Shown here in pieces: positions 25,660 to 39,036 of a stretch of 64,000 nucleotides of DNA. Origin of the DNA: Epithemia pelagica (lineage: Eukaryota; Protista; Bacillariophyta); the NCBI GenBank assembly GCA_946965045.2, contig OX337233.1, positions 2,976,001 through 3,040,000 of the forward strand. The letters run 5' to 3'. Numbering within the stretch: position 1 is the first letter of the stretch; each line of letters starts with the position of its first letter. Position numbers and translations under genes: made by a program. Below the pieces are notes generated by a model. That model was not told the origin of the DNA. It saw only the letters and a program-made list of their open reading frames with translations, and did no database searches.

Positions 25660-28549
25660 TCATGGACGAGTTGTTGAGACCAACTCGCCTAGGAGACTCC
25701 ATGTCCGTGCATGGGTAATGCGAACCTGTACAAACTCTCCCCTTAAGTCTTTCAAGGCTCCATCAAAGTACACTTGTCGTCCTTGACGGGTTCGTCCCAT
25801 GACTTGTTCTTGGGGGTTGCGTGGATTGGCATCTTCGACCAAGACTTGTACCGTCCGACCCAGATATCGTTGACTCCGTTCCAACCCATGTTGTTTGGCC
25901 AATTCTTGGACTCGTTGGAGTCGCTCGGCCTTGACATGTTCCGGCACTTGATTGGACCAGAGAGACGCTTCCGTGTTGGGTCGAGGCGAATAGGCAAAGG
26001 TGTTGAGATTGTCAAACTTGACCTTGTTCATGAGATCCAACGTCTTGAGAAAGGCCTCTTCGGTTTCCCCCGGAAACCCAACAATGACATCTCCACAAAT
26101 GGCACTGTCCGGTGCTTGGGCTCGAATTCGATCAATAATGCGAAGATAGGAATCATGCGTATAGCCCCGACGCATGGCCCGCAACACGGCATCGTCTCCG
26201 GCTTGAAAGGGGACATGAAAACATTCACACACCTTGTCCAGATTGGCCACGGCATCAATCACCCGATTGGAAAAGTAGCGAGGATGGGAGGTGACGTAAC
26301 GAATCCGGAATTGGTCCGTGGGGATATGGTGGTTGAGATATTCCAACAAGTCGGCAAAGGTTCGTTTGGGAACCATATCACGTCCATAGGCATCAATGTT
26401 TTGTCCCAACAGGGTCACTTCCTTGTAGCCCGCCGCGACCAAATCTAAACATTCACTCAAAATACCTTCCATGGGACGACTTTGTTCCATCCCTCGTGTG
26501 GCCGGTACCACACAATAGGTACAATGTTCGTTGCATCCATAAATGACATTGCACCACGCTCTCTGTAACAATAATACAACAAACAATTGCAATATATGCG
26601 TACAACCACGTGAACAGTGCAAGTTAGTTTCCGCGTCATTCATGTCACATCTCCAGTTGGGAACAGTTTTGTTGTTTCCAACAGTACAACGTACCACATC
26701 ATGTCCTCGAATGGGTGGCGTAAAAAAGTCATCGGGGACCACGGCAGATTCGGCCGGGCCCGTGTGGTTGTGGTTCTGGTGGTTGTGCCGTTGTGGTGGT
26801 GCATCGGGTTGTTGGAGGACCGTGGGGGCCGTGACGACAACTTGGGAGCCGTGGGCGACTTGCTGGAGGACGGCGGGCAAATGGGGAATGTATTGCGGTC
26901 CCAAAACGACATCGAGTTCGGGAATGCGACGCAACAAGGCTTGGCCTTCTTGTTGAGCCACACATCCGGCGACAATCAAGGCCAGGTTGGGCTTGCGACC
27001 ACTGCGTTTCATGGCCGCGTAGGGACCAAGGGCCTGATACAACTTTTGTTCCGCATGATCGCGGATACTATATATAAATCGAAGAAGCGACCACACACAT
27101 GGCAATTGTCGCACAACCAGAAGAAGAACACAACAAGAAGAAGAGCAACAAGAGACAGCACCCGAAAACGAGGTTTGAGTGTGGGTGACCAAGGTGCCTG
27201 CCACGGACACGGCCGTCCCCCTTCCCGAATGCGCACTCGTACACACAGTAGACGTACCTGCACGTGTTGAACAAAATGACATCGGCCACTTCTTGTTCCT
27301 TTCCTGGTTGTAATGACGTGAGGGGTTTTAATTGCAATTGGGTTTGCAAAACACCCTCCAAGCGTTCGGAATCGGCGACATTCATTTGACAGCCCGTCGT
27401 GTGAATTTGATAGGTGGACCAGTCCGTCCAATGTCCGACCCGCGGCGAAATACCAGATCCCTTTAATTTCTTGTGTCGCCGCGGCACGACGACATTGGCA
27501 CCGTCATGCCATCCAATGCTGCCGGGTTGTGCTGGGTCGTCCTTCTTGTTGTGGTTGTGGTGGTTGCTCTTGTCGTCATGTTCGGCCAAGGCAAGGGTCG
27601 TCCACAGTTCCAGGACTTGGACAATGTGAAATTGTTGTTCGGGTGCTTTTTGTGATGGTGGTGGAAGTGGCGAGGGACTCGTCGAGTCGTCGTCAGTGGG
27701 GGGACTCGCCGTTTCCGACGGGGAGGTGGAGGAAAGAATCACGACATCGCCCGCCTTGGGTTGGTGATCAAACAATTGCTGGACGACCGTCCGAGGCAAA
27801 AGACTGTCTGTAGCAGTAGCAGATTGTGTGGTTCCATTGGGGTTGGGCCGATCGATCCACCCAATGGTGCCTCCTTCCTCCCGTGTTTCGACACAGGCCG
27901 ATACGTGTTGTGCCAAACTGGCAAAGGGATCGGCCGAGGTGTTCCACGACAGTGTCTTTTCTTGTTTCTCGTGGTGGTGGTCGTCGTCGTTCTTGTGGTG
28001 ATTCTCGGTGGATGGTTCGTCGTCGTCGTTGATGGGATCGGCTGGGTCGAATTCTCTTTCTCCTCCCTGTCGCAGGGCCAAACTGTATTGGTGCACGACC
28101 CATTCGGCCATGTCTTGTGTTTCCGTGACAATGTGTCGCACATACAAGCGTTGCACAGTCGACGAATACTCCATGCTCTCTTGAATGCGCGTGGGAAAGG
28201 TCCAGGACGACAAGGGGGGTGGTGGTGTCGTGGATTCGGCCGTTTCCTCCTCGGCGGCGGCGGCATGTGGCTGGACCATTCGGCCGCCACGGCGAGGAAC
28301 GGATCCGGCCGTCGTGCCGTGGCGATCCTGGTGCCGGAGGGTGGTACCCCTGAACCGTGATGGTGATGATGGCATTCGTTGGACGATCCTCCTCCTCCTT
28401 GTGTGTGAGACACCCACCAATCCCTCCACACGAGAACAACAACCCCACAACAGGACCAGGAGTATCGTTGTTCCAACCACAAGGAGGAGGGAATGGGAAG
28501 GTTGCGTCCGAACCAGCATCATGGTGGTGGTGGTGACGGATCGACGCAT
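25660..28549 (-). CDS. miaB: tRNA-2-methylthio-N6-dimethylallyladenosine synthase (MiaB-type) fused to an N-terminal parvulin-like domain; organelle presequence
   Basis: GCQMNVADSE, NTCSIRDHAEQK, AGCVAQQEG, radical-SAM CNEHCTYC, IVGFPGET, C-terminal TRAM; in-phase introns 27068-27257 and 26563-26694. Confidence 0.9.
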
Positions 28550-29033
28550 GGTGATTCTGTTGTGATCTGGATCTTGGCGAGGATTTTTGTTCTTGTGTGA
28601 TGGGTGGATGCCATGGCTTCTTGAGCCAAAAAAGGGGGGGGCGGAATCCTTCCATCGGAGGGGTAACTACACCTGAGCGATGCTATTACGTCAATGAATG
28701 TATTCAGTCTTGAAGAAACCTATTGTATCAAACGTAATCGTTGGAGAGTATTTGTATGCCACCCCATACAGGGGTCTGTACGTCAGTCCTTAGCATCCAT
28801 ACAGGGGTGAAGGCATCACCGACTCCCATTTTTTTGGTTGATGTGCCACTTGGCATCACATCAATCTTCATCCGTGTCACGCCATCATAGTATTTTGACA
28901 GTCCACGTTATTGATTTCTGGTGGTTGCCACGGAGACGTGAGGAGCAAGGAAACGACCAACACAAGACTGTCTCGGGTCTTTTTCTTGTGTGTGTGGGCG
29001 ACGTGTGTGTGTGGCTGTGTTGATCGCACCACC

Positions 29034-30599
29034 ATGATGATGATGAAGCATTCCAGCAGCAGGAGGAGGAGGCATTCCTTGCCACCAATACTACGGTTCC
29101 GACACTTGAATCTCCTGTTCCTAGTTGCCCTTCTCCAGGATTGCTGCTGCTTGGCTTTGGTAGGATCATGGCCAGTACCACGGCATTCCTCCTCCAGCAG
29201 CAGCCGCCGCACGAAGTATTATTCCCCTCGAACCGATTGGGGTTCTCCTCGTCATTTGGTGGTGGATTGGCCAACTGCTGCTCGTCGCTGGGGCCAGAAA
29301 TCGGTGTTCTCCTTGCAGTCACGAGCGGATGGAATGGACGACTTTTCCCCCTTGCGAGCCACCAAGAATTCAGCCAATACCAACAGTAACAACAGTAACA
29401 AGAAGAAGAATGTACCACCACAACAACGACAAGTTGATTTGGGTATATTTGGAGAAAAACAGCCACCAACCACAACGTCATCATCACGGTCCTCCTCCTC
29501 CTCGCCGTCTCGTACCCAGCGAGTGAATGGAGCGCAAGTCGTCAATAAGGACACTGATTCCTCCAAACAACAACAACCACGAACCGACGGTGAAGCCTTT
29601 GGCTTTGTGCGAAACTTGGTGCGTCGGGTTCGGGGCAAGGAGGACACGGGTCAACCACAACCAGAAAACGGACAACAGCAACGCAAAGGCACCAATCCCA
29701 CACCCATGGTACAACAAGGCTTGTTGCTCTTGGCAAAATCGGTCCGAGCACAAAACGAACAAGCCGTCCAACAAGGCAAGGACAAACCAGGACCCTCTAC
29801 GAAGGCGGCACGACTGGGATCCCGAACAAGCACCGTCGAACAACAACAACCACAAAAGTCCTCCCAACCCACAACCCAAAAGGACGACAGCGACGACCAG
29901 ACAAGTTCGTCGTCGTCCTGGACCAGTCGATTCACCTCGTGGATATCCGGAACCAACAACAACAACACAACGGACCCCAGTAATACGTCCTCGTCGGGAA
30001 GCACGAATCCGTGGCAAAAGTTGTGGAAACAATTGGATACGACGGACAAGACGGAAGAATGGGTCACAGTCTTTTCCACGACACGGATTAGTCCGGGTGA
30101 ATTGGTCCCCGTGACAGTGGCGGGAATCGATTTGTTGGTGATTGCTTCCAACGATGGCAAGAATCGGTTGTATTGCATTGCCAATTCCTGTCCTCATTTA
30201 GGAACACCCCTCGAATTGGGACAATTGGTCCGATTGCCCATTGAAGAATCGTCATCGTCATCGTCATCTTCTTCTTCTGTTTCGAGTGACGATCCCAAGA
30301 TTACCACCAAGGCTTTTTCTACTTCGGACCGCACCGATTTGTCCTGGACGGAACGGCAAGTGAGTTCGATTTTGCAACAAGATGGTTGTGAAGATTGCAT
30401 TGTCTGTCCCTTGCACAAGACAGCCTTTGCCTTGGAATCGGGACAAGTGCGAGGCGAATGGTGTCCCTATCCCCCCATTGTAGGTGCCATGGTGGGCTTG
30501 GTGAAACCACCCGCCGCCGCAGCCACCTTTGGAGTCCGCGTCCGCGGCAAGGATGTCCAAGTCCGGATCAATACACCCATTTCCCATGATGCGGATTGA
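29034..30599 (+). CDS. Rieske [2Fe-2S] domain protein with signal peptide and long low-complexity N-terminus
   Basis: SCPHLG (CxH) and VCPLHKTAF (CxxH), GEWCPYPP; divergent from miaB. Confidence 0.8.
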   Translation: MMMMKHSSSRRRRHSLPPILRFRHLNLLFLVALLQDCCCLALVGSWPVPRHSSSSSSRRTKYYSPRTDWGSPRHLVVDWPTAARRWGQKSVFSLQSRADGMDDFSPLRATKNSANTNSNNSNKKKNVPPQQRQVDLGIFGEKQPPTTTSSSRSSSSSPSRTQRVNGAQVVNKDTDSSKQQQPRTDGEAFGFVRNLVRRVRGKEDTGQPQPENGQQQRKGTNPTPMVQQGLLLLAKSVRAQNEQAVQQGKDKPGPSTKAARLGSRTSTVEQQQPQKSSQPTTQKDDSDDQTSSSSSWTSRFTSWISGTNNNNTTDPSNTSSSGSTNPWQKLWKQLDTTDKTEEWVTVFSTTRISPGELVPVTVAGIDLLVIASNDGKNRLYCIANSCPHLGTPLELGQLVRLPIEESSSSSSSSSSVSSDDPKITTKAFSTSDRTDLSWTERQVSSILQQDGCEDCIVCPLHKTAFALESGQVRGEWCPYPPIVGAMVGLVKPPAAAATFGVRVRGKDVQVRINTPISHDAD

Positions 30600-30825
30600 G
30601 CAGCACAGTACCGTGTCGTCGTAGAGGTCGTGAGGATTATTGTCCAAAGCAGTCTCCCGCAAGGACACCGCTTTTGAACCTGTTTGGATGCTTGGTCGGG
30701 TCGTGACAACCCACAGTTCGTTCCATGGCCGTACCGTCAATCATGGAGACTTTAAACGCAACGGACCTGATTCACATGACACCAATCTTTTGGTTACAAC
30801 CCCATGATTGAAATACCGTGTGGAT

Positions 30826-31185
30826 TGCCAGGAATGTGTTGCATACATGCAGGAGGAGGAGGAGGAGGAGATGGCGAGAACGAATCTCCATACCCAGACC
30901 ACACCCGAAGCACTCACGAAAATCCAACGCAGCTCTGGAACGATGAGTGTTCAACACGTTGCAACGTGTGCCACTATCCACTTGTCACAGAAAGTCACAT
31001 CGCAGCGTCACATGTCACTTCTTTTATCGGATCAAAGCAAGACCGGAGACATGTGAACGAAATCACGAATGACTCGGTCGTCTCACGACGTTTGAGATTT
31101 TCCAAAAGAGCATCTCCTCTCCATCAAGTGATGATGACAATTCCATCACTTGTTTCACTCCAGTTCCGTTTTTCTTCCCTCAAAA
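30826..31185 (+). repeat. Diverged duplicate of the Arf upstream region (partner 33621-33935)
   Basis: Colinear blocks including the exact 25-mer aacgaaatcacgaatgactcggtcg (31056-31080 and 33813-33837), atgtgttgc.tacatg.aggaggag and tcttccctcaaa. Confidence 0.8.
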
Positions 31186-31370
31186 CAACTGTGCAAGATC
31201 GAAATCGTGTGACCTGATTTCGACAAACACATGTTGCGCAAGTCGGATCCATGCAGACCATGGCAACCAAACAATCATTCCATCTGTGCAGGGCAACCGT
31301 CGATGCGAATGAGACATCGATCATTGTTACCTAGAGGCACCTGGCATGCTAATGATGTTACAACAGCACC

Positions 31371-32917
31371 TTAGTTTTTAAGTTGAATTGTGCAGAGACT
31401 GGGCTGTGTTCGCATCTGACACTCGCAACTCGTAAAGTCTTGCGCAAAGTAAAGAGTGCATCGGCTCTCATGAGCCTGCACACCATTGTCAATCCGCGGT
31501 CCACGGCAATCCACAACTATATGAGCATTCATGTCAATAGTTCGGTACGTTCTATTCTCCAAGTTATATCGATCGAGATGTTCTCCAATCTTGTCACCCT
31601 TCCGAAGGAGCTCTATGGCCCATTTCAAAGTACCGTGTACGTAAAAATCGAGTTCCCCTGTTACAAGTTTTCCATTCTTGTCTTGCACAGCAGTGTTAAG
31701 CTCTGGAATAATAACATGATGAATGGGTACATGTTGAGAGAAGGCCTCATTGAACTGGTGCTGCAATGCAGCTTCTTTGGGGAATCCGTCTGACAGGGTA
31801 TCTCGTAGTCGCTTAGCAGAAATGGAACCGACAGCACTAACAACAAGCTCTTCAAGGCTTTCGGGCTTCTCTTTTGCTCGACCAGGAAAGCAGTTACGGT
31901 TGTAGTACCATTGGGAAGCAATGCAAGAGAACTTTCCAGACTTGGTAAGCAAGCCTGCGCGGATGAATGGAGAGAGGTCTGTTTCTCCTGCGAAATCACC
32001 TGCGTCCAAATCGCCAGTCACAGCCTCTAGTAGTCGCGACTTAAACTGTGCCGGAAATTCGTCGGGTAGCGGAAAGCACCGATGCAATTGGGCGGCAAAA
32101 TTTCCTTTACGAAGTTCATTCAAAAAAAGGTCTCCTGCAGATCACGAGGGCGCTTTCTAGTGGCACTGAGCTTCTCGGCAATAAGTCGCATTCCCGCCAT
32201 TCCAACACCAATGTGATGTCGTGTCTCGCCGCTTGGGTGGGAAGCTAACTTACTTATCTTCAGCATTGACTCGCGGTATACAGCCCATTCTTTGCACTCC
32301 AAAGCATCCATATGAATGTCAAGAAGCTTGCCCGTTTCATCCTCTGTAGCATCAGGATAAATGTGAACGTAATTGCGAAAATCAACAGGAGAACCTTTCG
32401 TACTTAAATCGTATGTCGATGCGATTATCACATACAGTTGGCCCTCGAAATCCCCAGACTCTACGGCCTTGTTCAAAAACTGCCAAAAGAGATTGAATTT
32501 TATATCATAGCAATTCTGGGCATCATCCAAAAGCAACCAAAAGACTTTCTTGTTCGAATCATCCACCTTTTTTTGATTCGTCGAGTCTATCCCGTACTCA
32601 TTTGCCAGTAGGTCCGTATAGTAATCACTTGTTTTATCCGATCGCATGTACAGCTTGACGACGTCAAGTCCCTCCTGGTCCTCATCGATCAATCTTTTTC
32701 TGATCAATTGGAGCAACGAGGTCTTCCCAGTGGATGCCGGGGAAGCGACGACAACGATTTGATGCTTGTCCGCTTTTTCAAAAATATCATCCACCACATC
32801 TTTACGGGGGAGATGGGCCTTCGACAGAGTAATTCCATTCGACTTGAAAGAAGACACTGGCGATTGCGATTCTTTCAGGATCGTACGTTGTCGTTTCCAT
32901 GTAGAGCGTTCTGTCAT
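31371..32917 (-). pseudogene. Crinkler/RHS-like P-loop NTPase + PD-(D/E)xK nuclease gene, split by a frameshift
   Basis: Walker A ASPASTGKTSLL and Walker B LLLDDAQ in ORF 32120-32917; GELDFYV...WAIELLR..DKIGEHLDR in ORF 31371-32123; junction at a T7 run. Confidence 0.65.
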
Positions 32918-33979
32918 GGTGATGTGTGGTCTGTGGTCAGATGTGGAGGCGGTCTCTCCGTTGTCAGTAAGAGACCGGTATTGTCTTGATTTTAAGGTAC
33001 AGGCGAAGGAATTGAAGACAAAGGTTCTTTGTTTGCTGGTTGCTGGTGTACAAAGTTAGTTTTGTCTTGGCGATTACCGGAGTACTCCTACGCATTGTTT
33101 TGGTCACCGATGAGATCTTGCATTTTGTATTACAATACTCCCAAGCGGATACGTGCACATGAGTCGATGCGCGATACCACCCATTGATGAATACGGTGTG
33201 TGGTTTAGGGGGAAATCACCGCTGGGGGATACTCTTCTCCCTTCCGTTCCCGCCAAATGCTTCTTGGAGTAATTTGTTTCACTCAAAAACTTGAAATCTC
33301 CTTTGTGACGACGGGTAGTTTTCTAAACTAAGCCATAGTCTTCCTCTATTTTTCGGGAGATTCCAAATTCCATGCCCTACATACGTAGCTGGTAGATTTC
33401 CCTACATACGAAAATATACGTAGACTAGAGTACTGGATGGTCCCCGTGGCCATCAATTCTTCTGCAAGACACATCATCTGTTGACCATAGCGATCATTTG
33501 ACCGCTGAGTTCGACAATAGACGCATCTACAACGATAGATTGCGGCACGTTTACATATATGTTAGACCTGTCTTTGGGTTGCTCCATATTTCTCTTTGTC
33601 AACGACAGAAACGCGTTGTCGATTGCACTCCATGTGTTGCGTACATGGAGGAGGAGCTGGAGAAAGGATCTCCCCTTACCTAAACCAACCGAAGCACTGC
33701 CAAAACTCAGATACAGCTGACAGCTCTGGGAAAATATGTTTGCAACTATCAACTTGTCACACAAAAGTCATCTGGCACTTTTATGAGAAAAAGCATGACA
33801 GGAGACGTGTAAAACGAAATCACGAATGACTCGGTCGTTCTCCTAGTGTCATGAGTTGGGAGATACAAGACATGAAATGAACACATGACAGTTCCATCAC
33901 AACTTTACTGCAGTTCCATTTGTCTTCCCTCAAATCAGCAGTTTTTCTGTAAACCAATCATCACGCAAAAACAACAACA

Positions 33980-34761
<782 letters not shown>

Positions 34762-34999
34762 AGATATAGCGATTCGAACGTGTTCTAGAGAAGCCAGTTT
34801 GATTGAGCAATACACTTGACCTGGCAGAAGCGACCGAAAGAGATCACAGCGCCACTTTGTAGGTTCATGAGCAACCCCGATCTGATGAACCCTTCTTGCT
34901 TGAACTGGTCAGGCTTCGCAGTATGACCCTACCACAGACTCTATTTAGTTGTCATCTATAGCAGTTATATTTCTTATGCACAATCCTGCTGTTCTGTTG

Positions 35000-36044
35000 C
35001 TGTCTGGGTTTCGAAAGCAACAGAGAGGATTGGAAAGATAGTATAACGAGACAGTCGAAACTTGTGCTTGTGTTTGTGATTGTGTGGCTGCGGAAATCTC
35101 TCCCCTCTTCTTTTACTCCGACTGGCGTGGTCATTGGTCCAATCGCCTTTTGGATTCCTTCCAGTTGGACGTCACCGATAGCATGCGCAAAACTGTGGAC
35201 AGTTAGAATGGATCCCACCAGTCCTCCTCCAGCGGGACGGGGGAACTATGCTCCTACGAAAATTCGATAGCGACGTGGTGATCCTTGTGCCGCATGCAAA
35301 TATCGACGCGGTTGGCAGTGGCATGGTACAGTATGGTCTTTTCCATTCGCTCGGGTGTGTAGTGTTCACCAAACCACGAAACCATGAATGTCTCGAACGG
35401 AAGGATTTTTTCCCAAACATGCTTATCCAACAGTGACCATCCTTCAAATTGACAGGTGTTACGGTGGCGATTGTTGGGAAGCTTGGCTTTTTTCACATTT
35501 CCCACGAATTCCTCCATTTGCTCACCATTGATGTAGAAGTAACCGTCGTTTGGAAGGTTTTGTGCGTGTCGCCATTCATTGACTGTCGAACTTGGACCGA
35601 ATACTCACTTTCCCAAATCAACCCGTCCGACATGTACTCAAACACGCGCGACGGTGACTGTTCCACCATTCCACGGACATTGGCAAATGAGTAGAGGGCA
35701 GGATTGAGGTGAACAAGGCGGGACTGCCATGCAGCTAACGTGTGGTTCAAATGAGAAATGTCGAATCGCCGTTGTAACTCCGCTGGGATATCACCAGGGT
35801 TTCGCTCCTTGGCTACGGCATTTCCAACGTAGATTGGATCCTCCAACCACTGTTTGTACTCATCCTTTCGCACAATCTCCAAGGAAAGGAGCTCGACAAT
35901 TCCTGGCTCTGCGCTCCTTTCCGCGGAGGACATCTCAATGCTGGTTGTCGTCGTTGCTTTTCGCCTGAGTTCAGAATGAACGGGACGGGTGGGCCAGAAG
36001 GCTTTGAGGTCTGGAAGTTTAACGAACCGGGTTTTTATGTTCAC
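35000..36044 (-). pseudogene. Degraded coding sequence of unknown family
   Basis: Successive protein-like ORFs (35493-36044, 35254-35517 and shorter pieces) linked by frameshifts and stops. Confidence 0.3.
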
Positions 36045-36684
36045 GTTTCATCATCACCAATTTTCATCGTGGTTGGTCGTCCGAGTAAGAGCAAAATGGA
36101 CTCTAGCTAGGCTCTAGAGGCCCTCTACGCTCTCTACTAGAGGTTCTAGCTAGGAGTAGCTAGGTTCCTCTTTCCTCTTTCCAAACGGCCGAGTGATGCA
36201 CGACCGAAACTCAGTAGTGCGACCTATTATTCTAACCCCAAGCAGTCTTACTTTTACCTTTGTGCAACGTAGATGCAAGAGGCATGTGCGACCGTAAAAT
36301 ACTTGCGTGGGGGTACCTAATCTTCTCACAGCGACAGCGACAATGACCAACACCACCATCGAGATTCGAGCTCATGCATTTGGATGGATCCAACGGGTCC
36401 ATCTCTTTCCAACCATGACACTCATGGTGAAGCTACTTGGACCATACCGAAACCCTTCTTCGCAAGGAGGCAACAATACGCGAGCCTTTCTTCTTCCTGT
36501 CTTCGTCGCAGTTGTGCCTCACTAATGGCCCCTTTCCCTGTCCTTGTTCCAAGAAGAAGAGCAACCACCACAGTATCATCTTCCTCTTGTGGTTGGCGGT
36601 CATCCCTGTTCACCACTACCACCACGGCCACGCCCGTGGTGGTAGCACAGCACTCTCATCCCTTGGTCATCTTCTTTGTATAGT

Positions 36685-36803
36685 GCGTGCTCCAGTCAAA
36701 ACCATGTAACCGACGCAGTTGCTTCTTTTACTGGAAATCCTTGGCTTGTGAGTGAGGAGGAGGAACAACGACCTCCACCAACGAAGACGACACGAGACTC
36801 CTC

Positions 36804-36835
<32 letters not shown>

Positions 36836-37560
36836 CATCCACTAGTTGTCCCCATGGCTTGCCAATGTTTTGGGGAAAAAGGCGCGATCGCGACAACGCG
36901 ACAAGAACAACAAATCCAACAACCCCTACATTCAAGCACGGCGTCCGAGAGAAAAAGGACACTACACCCAAGTATTCCACCACGGACCAAGACAAGGAAA
37001 GGGAATTGGGACAAGTGTACAATTTAGGCGTTCTAAATCGGGCAGTCAAATTCATTTGGATGTCATGCTCAAGGCCACCGATCAATTGACCCTGTTGGAA
37101 AACGCCATGTCCAAGCAACAGCAACCGAATGAGGACCGGATCGTCCCCATAATGTGGCCAGTCCATTGTCCTGGGGAGCCGCCTTGGCCATGGAAATTTT
37201 GTAACAATACTGCAACCATACAAACAAACCTCTCCTCATCGCTATATTCATGTGCGCAATCAAACCACCGTCGCCGAATGGGAAGCGGCCGAAGATTATT
37301 ATTTGCGACAAGCCATGCAACTGGCGAACCACGGGGAATGACGGTTCAACAATACCAGGAACAACAAGCAACGACCAACCCACAATTTTGTGGTCAGGCA
37401 AAAGAATGACAAGGATACCATGGAATGGGGGAAGAATCGCCTGGCAAACCAAACAGGCCCTTTGGTAGCCTCGTCGACTTGCGCGGCAGCTCCAAATTTG
37501 GCATCTTTCTCAAAGCACGAGCCACCACCGTGAAACGCAAGGACGAGGATGACAATTACG
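36685..37560 (+). pseudogene. Inverted, internally deleted copy of the TPR gene at 47291-49393
   Basis: Near-identical stretches: GKKARSRQRDKNNKSNNPYIQARRP, QIHLD.MLKATD.LTLLE, cgctatattcatgtgcgcaatcaaaccaccgtcgccgaatgggaagcggccgaagat. Confidence 0.9.
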
Positions 37561-37672
37561 AAAGCGACCACCACCACGACGGCCAGTACGACAACGGGAT
37601 CATGATTCTACCGAATCCGTCTCGTCCTCCAAGAACATGGAGACAGAAAAACGCCACGGAACAATCGCCTCT

Positions 37673-37975
37673 AGTTGCATTCCTATTGTGAAACGACGAG
37701 CTCATTGCGGCACTGGTGTTGGCCACCAAACAACATTTGCCGCAGAGTTTGTCAGTGACCGAAATGGCGCAAAAGCTCAATATACAGGCCGTTCGACAGC
37801 AATGGTTCATTCAACCGTGTTCGGCCACTTGCGGTCAAGGCTTGTACGAAGGATTGGAGTGGCTCTCCAAGGCAATCTAAAGGATGGAACCAAACCACAG
37901 TGGAGTTCTGTGTACGTGTGCATTACATAGTAGACGTGTCGTATAGATATAGAGAAATGAAACGTGTTCTTGAGC
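37673..37975 (+). pseudogene. 3' fragment of Arf plus 3' UTR
   Basis: gtcagtgaccgaaatggcgcaaaagctcaat...caatggttcattcaaccgtgttcggccactt matches 34565-34650; ends WLSKAI* at 37880; UTR also similar. Confidence 0.9.
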
Positions 37976-38499
37976 AAAACTTGGCCAACATGGCCAAAGC
38001 GATTCATGCTGCGGCAACTGATCCGTCCGTGGTGACAGTGATGAAAGGCAACAAGAAGGACGCCCGTGAAATAGGGATGATGATAAAGAGTCTTCCGCGT
38101 CGTCGAAAAACGACGAGGAAGAGACACTGCCGGTTGCGTTGCAGAGGAAGCGAAGGAGGTTGAAGAGCATTCAGAATCCTTTCACGTCCAAAGGGGTTTC
38201 AATATTCAGACCAAAGTAGTTGCGTCATGTGGCACAAGTACAAATCGAGGGCTTATTAAGAACATTCAAGCTAGCTAGGTAGATACACTTTCAATTCCGT
38301 CTCAGCGGTCATCTCCTCGCCCTCAAGTATACTTCGTGTGGTAAATTTGTCGCCGGGAATGACATTTTGAACTTCACTCTCGGAGGCGCGCCCTGGCAAT
38401 GAATCTGACTTGTGTCTTTGGCCGACCATGTAGAAGAGCAAAACCAACTCCAAGAAATACTACAGATGTAAGAAAGCAATAGAAAGAGAGAGGAAGAAA

Positions 38500-39036
38500 T
38501 CAACTGGAATCATTTCGTTTGATTGTTTCATCTCTCTTTCTCTTGTTTTCTAGAATCTCCAGCATTTGCTGGTCTTGATTTTGCACTTTGTTCGTGCGCC
38601 GCTCCCGATCCTGCAAGAGGACTGACTCCAACTGGATGAAACCAGCCTTGATTTCGTTCCGAAGTTCGTCCAAGCCTGTATTCATTTCGTTCCGAAGTTC
38701 GTCCAAGCCTGTATTCATTTCGTTCCCCAGTTCGTCCAAGCCTGCATTCATTTCGTCCAAGCCTGCCTTCATTTCGATCCGCATTTCATCAAGTTTGCGG
38801 TTGATTGGATAGGTCCCCACGTATGCCGAGACGGAACAAACCGCGATGCCACCGAGGACCGCCCCAAACAGATCCGTGACCCCGTAGCGCCGAATCAAGT
38901 CCCTACACAAGTCGTGGTCGGAAGACTCGGCGTTGTGGAGTTGACGACCGGCGGCGCCAGAGGATGTCGTCGTTGTCGTCCGGAAACGAACAGTGTTTGT
39001 GGAAAGACGGACAGGACGCATGGCACGGTGAAACAT
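38500..39036 (-). CDS. Small TM + coiled-coil protein with 33-bp (11-aa) repeats
   Basis: Basic MFHRAMR presequence-like N-terminus, TM LFGAVLGGIAVCSVSAYVG, repeats LDELRNEMNTG. Confidence 0.65.
   Translation of the reverse strand: MFHRAMRPVRLSTNTVRFRTTTTTSSGAAGRQLHNAESSDHDLCRDLIRRYGVTDLFGAVLGGIAVCSVSAYVGTYPINRKLDEMRIEMKAGLDEMNAGLDELGNEMNTGLDELRNEMNTGLDELRNEIKAGFIQLESVLLQDRERRTNKVQNQDQQMLEILENKRKRDETIKRNDSS

Noticed and set aside
34800-34950. Possible tRNA or SECIS-like element (gaactggtcaggc shared with about 57757)
   Set aside because: No cloverleaf or A/B boxes could be folded; the 13-bp match is too short.
35150-35300. HKD...GGGL...H read as a TET/JBP-like 2OG-Fe(II) motif
   Set aside because: The motif parts are in different frames with intervening stops; not supportable.
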